A DNA stretch of 64,000 bases, from contig JAAILG010001013.1 in assembly GCA_012026655.1 (NCBI GenBank), forward strand, positions 1-64,000, in the 5' to 3' direction. The position numbers were made by a program, and so were the translations under genes. Below the pieces are notes generated by a model. The model had not been told where the DNA came from and ran no database searches. It saw only the letters and a list, made by a program, of their open reading frames with translations. Shown one piece after another: positions 36,246 to 49,619 of this stretch; within the stretch, counting starts at the first letter, position 1, and every line of letters starts with the position of its first letter. The DNA is from Hydrolagus affinis (taxonomy: Eukaryota).

Positions 36246-39200
36246 ATGCCGGACAGCGTCTCGGAGCGCTATCAAGCATAAAACTGACTGGCTCTCTATC
36301 ACTGAGCTACTCATTGAATAAATTCAATGATTCATCCGAAGGCTTGATTGATCTACATAGAATTTCCATCTATAAAAATGTAACTTTTATTTGATTTTAT
36401 TCATAGAAATGCTCCACAGTTGCATATATTCCATTAATTCTAATTTTCCCATCTACAGCTAGCAGGTTTTCAATCCATCAAAATTCACAGAACATTTGTT
36501 ATACAGGTGTTATATGGGAGAAATGCCAAGAAGAATGTTTATTATTAGTCTCGTGTGTTGAAGGGAACGTGGATACCGATAGTAATTGTGTGCACCATGG
36601 TAGAAAAACTATTTCTGGTGACACAGAGAGAGATGCATTGTTCGTGCATTTGCTCAGAGCAGTTTTGTATCCTTGACACCAATGAAGTGCGGAAACACGG
36701 GGTAAGGATTTCCGCCCACCCTCTATTAGTAGATAAAGAGATCAATCTCAGTCTTTTTTTCAAAACTGTTCTGAAACACTGCAATTTATATGCTAATTAT
36801 CCTTGCATTTCATATAGCACCTTTCAAGTCGAGAGAACAACTCAAAGCGCTTCTCAAAGGATATAAAGGGTAGTGACTGTATTTGTAGGCAAATGTGGAA
36901 GTCAATTTGTCAATGTGAATGTACCACAAACACCCAGGAAGTGCAGGACCAATTTTAACTGGGAGATTGTTAGACAGGACAGTCTTTCCTTCTGATCTTT
37001 AAAAGCTGGATGTAGATGCAAAACCTTCCACGCCCTCTCTCCCCTCCCTCTGACCTCAGTAAAATAGTTATATCCGAAGATTTTAATGGCCATCATTTCT
37101 GATCCTGATCAATGATCACAGCAGCTTTTGGCTGCTTCGTGAGATCGTGGCTCAGCTCATTTGGCATCTTATGACGCAGCGCTCAAACTCTGCATTGGGG
37201 TCAGGAACAAGAATTAGGCCATTGAGTGGGAATCCAAGTTTAGGGAACTGGAACCCTGGACTCAGCTTTGGCGTCAGCCATTGTGCCAAACCTGCAGAGA
37301 ATACAATCGTCTGATAATTATCAGGTTCAAAACTGACCACTTTTATCTGGGGGATTGTTGGACCAGGCAACAGGAGAAACGTACTTTTCTTATCAAATAG
37401 TGCCAGTCTAAGCTGACACTCTGATGTAGTGCTGGAGCGCGCTTATTGTCAGATGTCAAGATGAGACATTACACCAAAGCCCCGTCTGCCCATTCACATG
37501 GAGGTTAAACATCCCACGGGACCATTTGGAAAGAGAATCAAGTTTCTGATGTCATCGCCAACAATCCCCAGATAAAAATGGTCGGCTCACTCCGTGGCTA
37601 TTTGTGGGATATCACTGTGAGAAAATTGCCTGCTACATTCTCCTCCAAATACACAATCTGGCCTCCTCACCATCGACTGTCGTGTTAGTAAAACACACAG
37701 CCCTGTGATCACAGAGTATGTATGTTCCAGGGCCTGCACCAGGATGATGTTATTACAAGACAGCGCTGCTTAAGCGAATCCCTAACACTTTTTACTTTAG
37801 GGCTGGAAGCCATATTGACCCAGAAACTGTTTACTTGTCAGTTAATTATTTGGCCAATCAACAAATCTGCCTTGTGAGTGTGTGTGAGTGTATTTGTTTG
37901 TCTGCTTTTAACTGGTTTCATCTTATGAGTCTCAGCCCTTATAGGCATTAGAGCAACGAAGCACAGAATTGAAAATGACAAGTTACATACTGAAATGTGT
38001 CTCGCATGGAGCAAAACCGAATAAGGCATTTCTTATCAAGCTCTTGTTCTATTTCCTGGTTCTTCATTAACCCCCTTGGCTACATGCTGACTGGATGGGG
38101 CAGAGAACAGGGACAGTGAGCGTGAGCTACTTTCAAAATCATCACGTGAAAAATGTCAATTAGCACGTAAAAGAAGCAATTAGCAGAAGCTTCACGTCTA
38201 GGGTTTATTTTGTACTTCTATACCCTAAGTTATTTATGAATGGTGTATTCTCACAGTCATTCCGCCCCACACAACCAAGGCAGGCCAAGTTACATGCCTC
38301 AAGACACTGCCCGAGTGAAGGGCGCTGTATAAATGCAAGTTATTGTTGTTGTGAGATCTTTGGCTAATAATGAACTGGTTGCCAATTTTTGTTTGGACAG
38401 CTGGGTGTCTGACACACACAGAAACCCATCGCCATGCTTAATGGCATCCAAACTAAGCTGAGATCTCTATGCATCCCACCTACACATGGAAATCCCAGAT
38501 AGGGGGGATTCCTCTCTCCCTGGTGGCACACATCCTGCTTACCTGATTCTGGAAAGTATTTGGCGCTAGTCAGTCAGAGCCAAGACCTGGAAACCTCAGA
38601 GTATACATTGGGGAACTTCTGGAGTCTAACCACACATAGCTTGCCATTGATATTGTTGTCCAGGAAGCTTTCCCGCTACTTGTTCAGCTAGGACCATCTT
38701 ACCTGTTAGGGCTTTAGCTCGCAGGGTTACAAGCAGCTAAGTGGGATGACTCCTTGCTCCCAGTGACTGGTCTGCCCTTCCAAGTCCTGCTGATGAACCA
38801 AGCCGGCTGTGCTGTCACTATCGGTGCCCAGGAATACTACTGAAGGAACTGGAGTTCCCAGATGGTCACAGAGAATTGGCTCCATTCTGACATTCCATTG
38901 CTAGACATGTCACATTGGAACTGATTCAGCACCAAGTAAACGCTGCCTACCTCCCACCCAGGAGGACAGCCACTGAAACTGCAGCTGAAGATAGTCACCA
39001 GTTGCTAATCAAGCATTCAGTGTGCAGAGAGAAGGATAATAACAACGTATTTATGTAGTGCCCTTAACGTGGAGGAGGGAGGAAGGGAGGGAGGGAGGGA
39101 GGGAGGGGTATAACACAATTAAAAAGAAAGTCCTTCAGGCGGGAATTGAAAGTGGGAAGGAGGGGGCAAGGTGGAGGTGTTGAGGGAGAGAGTTCCAGAG

Positions 39201-41197
39201 TTAGAGCCAGTTTACTGTTGCCTGAGTCCTGCCAGTTAGCAGTTAACTAGAATGTATTGCCGCCTATTGCCATCTGGAGTTCTGAAGGCAGAGCTCATCT
39301 TTCCCCGAGACAACAGAATCACCACAGACTGAAACGTCCAATTAGAGTGCGGGTGAGGAATCGCTCCTCCTGAGTCTGAGGCAGAGTGCAGCCAGTCCTC
39401 TTAGCACTACATTAAAATTTAATATCTGAAAGTACAAAAAGAAGCAGAAAAATACACTCGGAATAAAACTTGCCGGTCATGAAATACAAGCCACAGTTAA
39501 CGGGGGTGTCGCGCTGGGCACGTCAGCCATTACAGACAGCAATTAGGGCCTGTGGATTTTGTGGGGGATTGTACATTGCTGTCCGACTGTGATAAATTAG
39601 CAATTTTTTTTCGGGCTTTCGGAAATAAACACAGCGACAAGATGATCGTGAAGGTGTTGTCCACAAGCACCAGCTGTAATGATATATTGTGAATTATGCA
39701 GCAAGCTTGGAGGTTCTTTCAGCAAAGCAATTTATAATGTTTTACCTTTCAGAGAGGCTGTCAATTATTCTGCCCAGTCCCTTTTCTTCGTGCTACACAC
39801 GATGTAACTGCTCTGCTTCAACAGAATACTCATCAACACCTCTGCTGGAGAACAGAGGCTTCATATCAAGTGCACTGCAAGGTGTTTGTCAGTAATTAAG
39901 ATTTCAGCTTGCGTTTCCAGATAGCAGAAGGAGTGTAGCCTGGCCTCGATTAAATCTTGCTCTTTGAAATGTCACCGTGCTAGTTTATCCAGCTGCTGCA
40001 GTACAGTGCAGTCAATCTCTATGTAACACAACGTAACTGCAGTAAACGCAGAAGCATCTTCCTACTTGGATTAATAGCAACCAAAAACAAAGCCTGTGGT
40101 ACACGGAAACAGCCAGGGATTCTTGGTGGATGCATCGCGGTATAAATGAATGGAATAAATATGTTACAGCTGTCACATTTCAAATCGAGCTAAGAATGTT
40201 CACATATACACCGGTGGCCATCTGTCAAACTTTAACTGAAAACAGCAGCTTTTAGTTATTTGCTACAGCCAATAAACGTGCATTTGAAAAATTGGTTTCT
40301 GCAAAGCATGAGAAAAAATATTCAGCGAGTGGGATGTGACTTCTCCTTTTGCTTGTAATGTTGTCATTTCTTTTCTCAAGTAAAAAAAAAAGAAATCCCA
40401 ATTTACTGCACGAGAATAGGGAGCGAATTACCTGCAGGCTCCTGTCCATCTCTCACCCAGGAGCTGAGAACCTGAAAAGGAATCCATACAAAATGACTGA
40501 TGACCCACTTTCGTGGGAAACAGAAACACATCGAGGCTTTACCGAGAGGGTGGTACATGCTCCCAGCTTCAGTGCCACGCATACACATTTGTAGGTACTT
40601 TATGGAAGAATCCAAATATTATACAAGCAAAGGTACACACTGGAAAGACGGATTCCATCACTGCTGTGATCTGGACAGGTGTACAACATCACTTCTATTG
40701 CTTTCCAATCTCTTGCTGCCGTTTGTGGAATTTCTGCCACAAACGTCGTGGACCTCAAACAGTTTTAATGTGAAATATCACATTGAAATGGTCAGGAAAC
40801 ATTACGTTTTCCCATCCATTCCTAAAATCTAGCCTCCAACCAACCCTCCCACTTCCCCACTTTCAGCACAATGGATTGTTCATAAGATTAATAGGTATAA
40901 ATGATGTCAATATCTTCAGACTTGAGATTCTTTACACAACCCTCAAGCCAACATTTGAGGGATATGCCCCGAGTAAAGTCTAATTGTATTTTTAGTGGTC
41001 TCCGTGATAAGGGGGAGTGTGACAGCAGAGATTTATTTGCACCAAAACATTGTCCAGCAGCAGAGGGTATTAATAATAATCCAAAGATTTCATATAGCAC
41101 CATTCACGTCAGGAGGTCATCTCAAAGGATCTCACAGTATTTGCTGTAAAATATAGTGACTGCACATTTTGTAAGTCAACACACCAGCCAATTTATA

Positions 41198-41297
41198 NNN
41201 NNNNNNNNNNNNNNNNNNNNNNNNNNNNNNNNNNNNNNNNNNNNNNNNNNNNNNNNNNNNNNNNNNNNNNNNNNNNNNNNNNNNNNNNNNNNNNNNN
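41198..41297. other. Assembly gap (100 N)
   Basis: Run of exactly 100 N followed by a G homopolymer; a SINE tail abuts the left side. Confidence 0.99.
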
Positions 41298-42299
41298 GGG
41301 GGGGGGAGTGGGGAGAGAATGCCGCAGGGAAGCAGCAAAAAATACAATACAATGGAATTTGGTTACTGATTGACAGCCCGTCTCCAGCAGCTGGTGAATG
41401 GCTGGAGTCTCCTATCGTATCAATCCCAATAGACTTCGCCCATCTCAAATCCTGGCACCCCCCAGACCAGGGAGGCCTCAGGCAGAAGTTCAGGGATGTA
41501 AATTCCCGGCTGAGGAATCGTGTCGTGGAATGTTGCATGTTCCATCTTTATTTCGCTCTTCACGATTTTGAGCGCAGCAAATAAAGCCCAAATAATGCCC
41601 AAGCCATTGCTTCTAAATACAGTAAAGCACAGCACACTAAAGTCTATATATAGAGAACACAGTGATTGGCTTGCTTTCCAGCAATTAAGTGGTTTGCAGA
41701 TTAAGTTCAGATGGAGAAGGAATGATTAAATAGGGTAAAGTGCAGATTAGGTGTTAATGAGTTATTTTCACATTCAGTCTGTGGAAAGCCTTATCTGTAC
41801 AGAGTGTTCCTAAATAGGCTTGTGCCAGTTTCTTTTTTTATCTGGATTTAATTGGATAAACTCCGGTCAAACTCTCGGGTTCCAAGCCTCCTGCCAACCT
41901 GTGCCTGATACTGACCTAAATGTAGTGTGGCCTCCATGGAGAGGGTGCGCATTCCAAACACAGGGAAATTTCCATGTGTAGATGGGATGCAGAAGAATCT
42001 CAGTCTGGTTTGTATTCTCTGCTGGTCGGGCGGGGCGGGGGCTAATGCATAGCAAGCCTGAGTTTGAGATGCGAAGGTAGTGAGCAGAAAAGCCGTGTAG
42101 GAGAATATCACAGAGATGGAGAGGTACTAGCGCAGTGAGAGATTCATCTTTAAGTGTTCCATGTGTTAATTGACAATGGATTTCCAGATGATTTTCTCCC
42201 CCCATCCCACCACTGGGTCAAGGAATCCATTATATATCCATTACACTATAGTTACCTGTAGTTTTTCTTAACCAAGAACAGAGATCATCTGGAATGCAT

Positions 42300-42588
42300 A
42301 ATAATTATAATAATCTTGCATTTTATATAGCACTTTTCACACCTTCTAGACATCTCAAACTGAGTCGCAGAATATACTGTAAAGTGAATGAAATGTGGCA
42401 GCCAATTGCGCACAACAGTGTTCCACAAACATTCGTGGATTGAAGTAACCAATCTTTTATTGTTTTTTCTTGGGGGATTATCATCAGACAAGTGGAGTAT
42501 AAGGAAACTTGCCCAAGAGAATCAAACCAAGGGGTCTCACCTGAGGTGGAGGGAGGAGTGCTCTAACCACTGAGCTACAGGACTCCAC
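42300..42588 (-). mobile_element. Young SINE with internal deletions
   Basis: Tail, body and head ctctaaccactgagctacaggactccac. Confidence 0.88.
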
Positions 42589-44129
42589 ATTGCTGTTGTT
42601 ATTATTATTACTATTGTTATTTTTATTATTATAATGGCATCTTTGCCAAAACTTAGTTCCAGTATCAAGACACCTGTACAGGGGAAACTCTTATGTTTGT
42701 GAAATGACTTGACCACCAAAGACAGTCACGTTGGGCAACTACAGAAGTGAATTGTTTGCAAGAATTTAGTGATCCCTAAAAATACCTGTGTTGCTTGTTT
42801 ATTCTGCTCTATAAAGAGAGAAAGTGGCTCCTTTTAAGACCAAACCTCGCCATGCAATCCATGTAAAATGGCAAAAGAGCATTAATCAAGAAGAATGTTT
42901 TGTCCGGGGAACATCTAAATTTCTCATTTAGACAGAGCCATAACACAAGAATGCCAGACCCCCCGGTATCAAGATTTTCTTGGGTCTAAAATATATCTCA
43001 TTACAATTAATAATTTCTTGTTTCAGATGTGTCACACTCATTCAAAAAAATTATCTCTGCAAAAAATAAAGAGACATTTCCAAACAGCTTTGGTATTGTG
43101 AAATATGGATCGAGTTCCTCTATTATTTAGAAGCTCCTTGGTATGCTGTTAGTGTCAATGAGACTTAAAGCAGCCACAAGAACTGAACCTTGTAGTCATT
43201 AGTTTGATGATGGCTAACATTATTATGAGCATAATAAAATCTGCTACAGACAGGAATTCATAGGTGTCGTGCTGGGAAAGCAATGATGTGGGTCGGTTTG
43301 TGACTGCGGGCAAGGAATATCTCATCAAACCACACACAAATTCTATGTGTCTCTTTCAAAATTTAAAGCCTTTAATGTAATAGTTGTCGAGGTTCACAGA
43401 TTTTAAAGGGATCCTCTTAGAGACCCTGGTGACGAGGGAAACGTTGCTTCTTAAAGCAAAATAAGGCAAAAACAAACACACGCAAAACCACAAGGTCATT
43501 TTGTGTTCACCTAGATTGCTAAATATTACCTTTCAGCCTGGATACAAAGCTGTACATTGTACACCAGACCCCCCGCACAGAGAGTGTACAGCAGGACTGA
43601 TGGCATGCAATGCATGCAAATCAGGTCTCTGGCATTCTGACTACCACAGAATGTAAAAATCTACCGCTGGGAACAGAAGGACAAAACCCAAGATCAAAGT
43701 CATTACTAATCGCATTACATCTTGTATATAAAAGATAAAGCTCCATTGCCATTAGGTCAGGGCAACTTAGCGTGTTCAAGAGAAGCAGCCAGGGGAAAAG
43801 GAAGACAGGACAAGTACCATATTAAGTATGCAGATCATTGTACAACAAAGGATTGTGCAGTTAAATAATAATAATATCATCACATTTGATGTACTGCCTT
43901 ATCATATCATTGAGACATAACAAAACACTTCATAGGGTTTTACTTTGTTGACTTGTCAGCTGGGTGTCTGACACATGTGGGAAATGTATTTGTACTTAAG
44001 AGTATCCAAACTAAAGTGAGCGTTCCATACCTCCCACGTACACGTGGATATGCCTGTGTATTGGAATGGAATGGGTAATCTCTCCCAGCAAGTGGTGCCT
44101 CCTGCTTCCTTCATTCCAGAGAGGATTGA

Positions 44130-44330
44130 CACAGGTTTCCGTGAAATCCCTAACAAAGCGAAAATGTTTAACGTCCACCTGAACAAGCAGGTAGGATTCT
44201 GATTTAACGTCCCTCCAACTATGCAGCACTCTCACTGAGGAGTATGAATTTACAGTCCTGTAAATGGAGCTTGAATCTACAACCCATTGATTCAAAGCCA
44301 ACAGAGTCCTACCAACTGAGGCAGGCTGAC
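44130..44330 (-). mobile_element. Older Deu-SINE head and core
   Basis: tttaacgtccacctgaacaagcag core and cttgaatc..ctaccaactgag head. Confidence 0.65.
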
Positions 44331-45179
44331 AATACAGTAATACAGGCAAAAACACTTGTATGCAAATCTGATCAAAGAAAATCTGGTTCAAGTATCAGGT
44401 CTGTTCCTTGCCCCCTGAACAAACTTCTTGTGACTTTCATGACCTGCTGCATGTAACAAGATTCCAGTGGAATAAACTAGATATGTCCACTTCAATAACA
44501 CATTCAGTGGATCACTCAACAGAAAGGTTGTACTACTGTTACTGGCTGTGTGAGTAAATAATGCTTGTATCACCACGAGCAAGATGACGGATTATTGCAG
44601 TCACCGTGCAGAAAACTGATTGTTAAAATTAAGACCTGTGAATAAATACATTTGAATTCGAATAATACAGAGGACTCCACTTAAATCCCCTACACCCTCT
44701 TACTGCAAGTCCAAAGCCATATAACCTCAATGTGCATCTGAGGATAATTGGCAAATTCAGGGAATAAATGAAATAAGTAATAGTACTCAAATGGCTTAGG
44801 TCCGTTTGTCTTTGTGATTATATTAAGGACTATTACAGTAGGATTTTATCCAACAATTAAAATCAGCTTTTTTTTAAACGGTATTTTTTTCTGTCAACAA
44901 ACAGGAGAAAATTGCAGACACATGATGCAATGTGGTGTTTGCCTCCCAAAACACACTTCTCTGTACGATGTCACCCTGATGTGAAACAGCAACTTTCTAA
45001 ATGTATATAAATCTCCGTTGATTTGGTTCTGATTTTAAAGTTATGTCTCAGCTCTCCACTATAAGAGATCCCTCTATCAGAGGGAAGAGTTGTCCACAAT
45101 CTAACCTGTCAGTTCCTTTCATTACTTCAATCAAATCACCTCTTCCAACCTCCTCTGGTTCAAAAAATATATTCAAAAA

Positions 45180-45378
45180 CTAATAATAATAATTTGATCC
45201 CTCAATCTACAGATGGTTGCAGGGTGCTGCTGTACACAATTGGATGCCGCATTTCGCTTACAAAGTATACAGTCACTACACTTTACAGTATATTCTGTGA
45301 GGTGCTTTGAGATGTCTCAAAGATGCGATAAAATGCTATATCAAACACAAGGATTATCATTATTATTATTATTATTAT
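45180..45378 (+). mobile_element. SINE 3' half
   Basis: gctgtacacaattggatgcc..ctttacagtatattctgtg..(tta)n. Confidence 0.85.
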
Positions 45379-46220
45379 ATAGCGGGCTTCACTCAAGGTA
45401 GATCTCAGAGCACTTAACAGTGGTGGGCTGGGAGACGGAGGAGGAGACTATAAGCACAGTCGACATGATCTGGAAAGGGGAAGTGATTGACAGCAACAAC
45501 AACAAAATTACATTTGCATAACACCTTTCATGCTGGGAGCATGTGATTGAGGGAGAGATTTCCAAAGTTTCAGGGCATAGTGGCTGAAAGCATGGCTGAT
45601 CATGGAGCGGAGGGGAGGATGTCAAGCTGGAGGCCAGCAGTAGGTGTCGGAGTGGGGAGGAAGCAGGTCGGAGAAGTCGGGAGGTGCCAGGGCGAGAAGA
45701 GACAATGGGAGGATCTTGAAGTCGAAATACAAGACAACAACAAAAAGAACTTGCATTTGTATGGTGCCCTCCATCCCGGGCAGAGTTTCAGACCACTTCC
45801 CAATGGCAGAGCCGAGGCCGAGCCAGAGGAGGTGGAAGGTGACTGTAAGTGCGTTTGAAGAGAAAGTCTGAAGGTGTGACCTGAAGTTGGGAAAGTAGGG
45901 GGTGAGGCGAAGGGGTTGAGGGGAGGGAGTTCCAAAGATTCAGGGCTGAAAGCGCAGCTGCCGATGGTGGAGTGGGGTATTCGGGGGTTAAGGAGGAGTG
46001 GATCCAGTGGATCGGAGCAGTGGCTACTGCTGTGAGGAGAGAGGAGGTCAGAGAGGTAGTGGTTGCTGAGGAGTGGAGGGATTTAAACACGGCGTGAGGA
46101 TCTTGAAGCAGATGCGCTCTGTGACAGGGAGCCAGTGGAGTTTGGCAAGGACTGGGGTAATCGAGGTACAAAGTTTAGTACAGGTGAGAATGTGGGAGGG
46201 GGCATTTTGGATGAAGTCAA
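45375..46220 (-). mobile_element. Three stacked L2 3' fragments
   Basis: Tails at about 45375, 45495 and 45732; peptide IQNAPSHILTCTKLCTSITPVLAKLHWLPVTERICFKIL. Confidence 0.8.
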
Positions 46221-46287
46221 AGTTGAAATAGGCTTTATAGTGTAACAGGCGTATTTTCCTCAAACACAATCACTTGTTCACGCATCT

Positions 46288-46465
46288 CACTGGGCCCCCA
46301 TCCCACTGCCCAGGTAACAAGCCCATATAGGGCCCTGGGTGGGTACCTAACACACTGGGCCCCCATTACCCTGAGCAGCAATGACACTGTGCACCATCAC
46401 ACTAGGCCAGCCTCTCACTGGGGTATTTATGGCACCAGGAGCCTGCCACACTGGGCACTGCGCTG
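46288..46465. repeat. Degenerate GC-rich minisatellite, about 16-bp period
   Basis: cactgggc-like motif at 46288, 46304, 46353, 46369, 46385, 46400, 46416, 46433, 46449. Confidence 0.65.
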
Positions 46466-46639
46466 AAAATAGCTCAGTGCGAATGCCAGGAATATATGAA
46501 TAAATCGTACATTTTACACAGCACTTCCACGTGAGGATGTTGTCTCAAAGATGGAGTGCTGCCGCCTGAGTCAAGCTGACAATGGCACGGTTAATGCATC
46601 ATCGTTAAGTCAAACATACAGACTGAATTTTTACAAAAC

Positions 46640-47148
46640 AAGGTGCACTTTAGGAAGGATGTTAAGGCATTGGAAAGGGTGCAGAGATTTACCAGGATGG
46701 TACCAGGAATGAGGGTCTTCAGCTATGAGGAAAGGCTAGAGAGGCTGGGTTTATTCTCATTGGAACAGAGAAGGTTACGAGGAGACCTAATAGAGGTGTT
46801 TAAGATCATGAGGGGATTCGACAGAGTAGACAGGGAAAAACTGTTTCCACTGGTGGGCGTATCGGTGACTCGTGGTCACAGATTTAAAATAGTTTCTAAA
46901 TGAAGGAGGGGGGAGCTGAGGAGAAATGTTTTCACTCAGCGGGTTGTTCAAATCTGGAATGCATTGCCTGAAAAGGTGGTGGAGACAGATTCCATAACAG
47001 CTTTTAAAAGACATTTACTTGGGGAGGACGGGTTTGCGCTGTTCAGGGAAGAGAGCTGGGCAGTGGGATTGAGTTACTCTTTTCAAAGGCACAGACTAGA
47101 TGGGTCGAATGGCCTCCTTTTGTGCCGTAAAATTCTATGATTCTATGA
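46640..47148 (+). mobile_element. CR1 LINE 3' end (ORF2 C-terminus and 3' UTR)
   Basis: KDVKALERVQR..SYEERLERLGLFSLEQRRLRGDLIEVFKIMRG..TRGH..FTQRVVQIWNALP; ends attctatgattctatg. Confidence 0.95.
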
Positions 47149-48496
47149 AAGTGGCATTTCAGCTTTTGTGCAGCATAAATAGCTTCCGGGAAATCAAAGT
47201 GATCCATTGGAAATAGTTTACTGTTAACACAACCATTGGCACCACACTCGTCTCATCTGACCACAGACATGGTTGTGACTTGTGAAATATTTGTTCATTT
47301 CAGTATGAATCTATCCCTATATCTGCCAATATTGCTCTCAAATACTACTTTGATTTGTTGTTTGAGGGAGTTAGTCGAGGCAGTATTAATTGCTTTTGCT
47401 GGAATTCTCACCCACAACGCATTAATCTGCAGAAATTTTTTTTTTTCGAATCTCTTGCATTGCTTGAGGTTTGTTCATTTGAAACCTATCTGCTCACATG
47501 GCCCAAGACAAATAGCCTGCTTACATCATCTAAGTGTCTCATCATTTTAGAGGTTTGGATCTTGCGCTATCTCCATCGCCTTTTCTCCGGAGCAAACACA
47601 CACATAGCCTCACCTGACCAGAACAACAAGTTTCATAGTACCCATTGTAATTTAATAATCTTTGCATTTCATATAGCGCCTTCACATGTCTTTGACAAAC
47701 TTTAAAGCCCATTACGGAATAGACTGTAAAGTGAATTTAGTGTATATATTTTGGGGTAAGCAGACCTGTGCCATTGTATCCATTGAGTCATTGGTGTAAT
47801 AGAATCCACACAAGTTATTTTCTTACTGGAGCTGTTTGTCATTTTTAATGTGGATGGATTATTGATGTCATTAATATTATTATTGTTGATGCCCAATCCC
47901 AGCACATTTTCATAAAATAGAGAAGATACAATTTTAAAAAAAATCTGCTGTTTATGTATTTGGTTTGTTGTCATTTACAAATAAAGAATATGTCATTTGA
48001 TGAGGATTGAGATGAACCCGCCCTATGATGTTTGTCCCTGTGATTTCCCATACAGCTCGCTCCTGATCTCGCTGAGCCTGACTGGGATCCACAAAACCCA
48101 AGCAGTCAGTCGAGTCCAACACTGCATTTAAACAGAAATTGGATAAATACTCAAGCAAAAAAAAATACGAAAGGTTATGGGGAATGAGTAGGGAAACAGG
48201 ATTGAAACAGATAAATCCAATGGGGGAGCTGGGATCAGCAAAGTCACCTTTCTGTGGTGTCCAGATTTGTTTGTGGCTGAAATCTGTGGTATTTTGGTCC
48301 TATTTAGGACAAGGAACACTTTTAAGTGAAACCCAAAATTTCTTCCCATTCTCTAATTAAAATATAAAAATAACCCTTTCATTTGATATTCAGTACTGGC
48401 TTTCTTGTCAGGAGGCCATCTCAATGCACTCCACAGGATTTATTGTTAAGTGTAGTGACTGGGCCTTTTGCAGGAAAACAAGGTACAGTATCTAGT

Positions 48497-48622
48497 TTGG
48501 CTGTCGTGTTTCGCCCACAAATATACAGTCAATTCATTTTACAGTATATTGTGTGAAGCGCTTTGGGACGTCGATAAGATGTGAAAAGCGCTGTATCAAA
48601 TGCAAGGATTATTATTATTATG
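48497..48622 (+). mobile_element. Young SINE tail
   Basis: tttcgcccacaaatatacagtc..aaatgcaaggattattatta. Confidence 0.88.
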
Positions 48623-49619
48623 ATGGCATCATACAAGCTGACCAGATTTTCGGGATAGTGATCAGGGGATCCCAACACTGTAGCTCCTGACTTGCTCCCT
48701 GACGGAGACCAGCTAACTCAACAGGTTTGACGCTAGATCATCAGAGAGCATAAAGTACACTTGTATCATGCCCACATAGCAATTTGTTTCTTTTGGACAG
48801 CAAAGCAAATGGAAAGTATAGCACCCACATTAAATTTAGTTACGAGGACCTGGTTTTCATGAGCTGCGACTCATAGATTTCAGATGATGGATCTGCCATG
48901 ACATTGAAATTGTTGGATCGACAGTAATTAGGAGCCTTTCTCCCTCGCTCTCCTGAATTCCTCCCTCCCTCAGTCCCCTTGATACCCTTCCCCATCTCTT
49001 TCAAAGTCTGGCTCAAGATGTATCAGTGCTATCATTCAACGCTGTCCTCCCCCATGGCTCTCACCACCCCCACCTCAAGTGCCCAGGTCATAATGTTAAG
49101 TGCTTTGGGACATCATCATGATCTGAAAGGTGCTATATAAACATCAATTTGTAAAACATGTCATTTCTGTAACTCATTAATGTGTCTCACTAACTACAAA
49201 AGCCAAAAACCTTCACCCCGTATCTATGCAGGTACTACAGGAATCTGAGAGGCTTTTGGTACATCACAGAGTCTGGCGCTCTGTTGGCTTCTTGTTGTAC
49301 AGTATATGGTTGGAGTCTTTCTGCTAAGTGTGGAATGATAATCATTCTATTCCAAAGATGACAGGTAACAACATCAAAATAAAGGATGCACTAAAGACTG
49401 AACACCCGTGACTGTAGGAAATCAAATCAGCCGGAAAGATGGGCTCTTCATCAGGGAGAGTTACATTGCGATCGGGTGATTTGTGACAATTTTGCTTAGC
49501 GTTTTCAGTAAATATTGTGGTGTCTGCAAAAGGATATGAAAAGTGTCCTGAACCTTTCATTATAGGGAGACTACTGTAAAATCAGATGATATTATAGGCA
49601 CATGTACTGTTAGTCACAT

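Noticed and set aside
38790-38830. CTGATGA hammerhead or C/D-box-like core
   Set aside because: No stem II followed by GAAA and no convincing snoRNA termini.
41156-41584. ORFs spanning the X run
   Set aside because: Artefact of the N gap.
46288-46465. CRISPR-like repeat/spacer appearance
   Set aside because: Repeats are only about 8 bp and degenerate, the context is eukaryotic and there are no cas genes.
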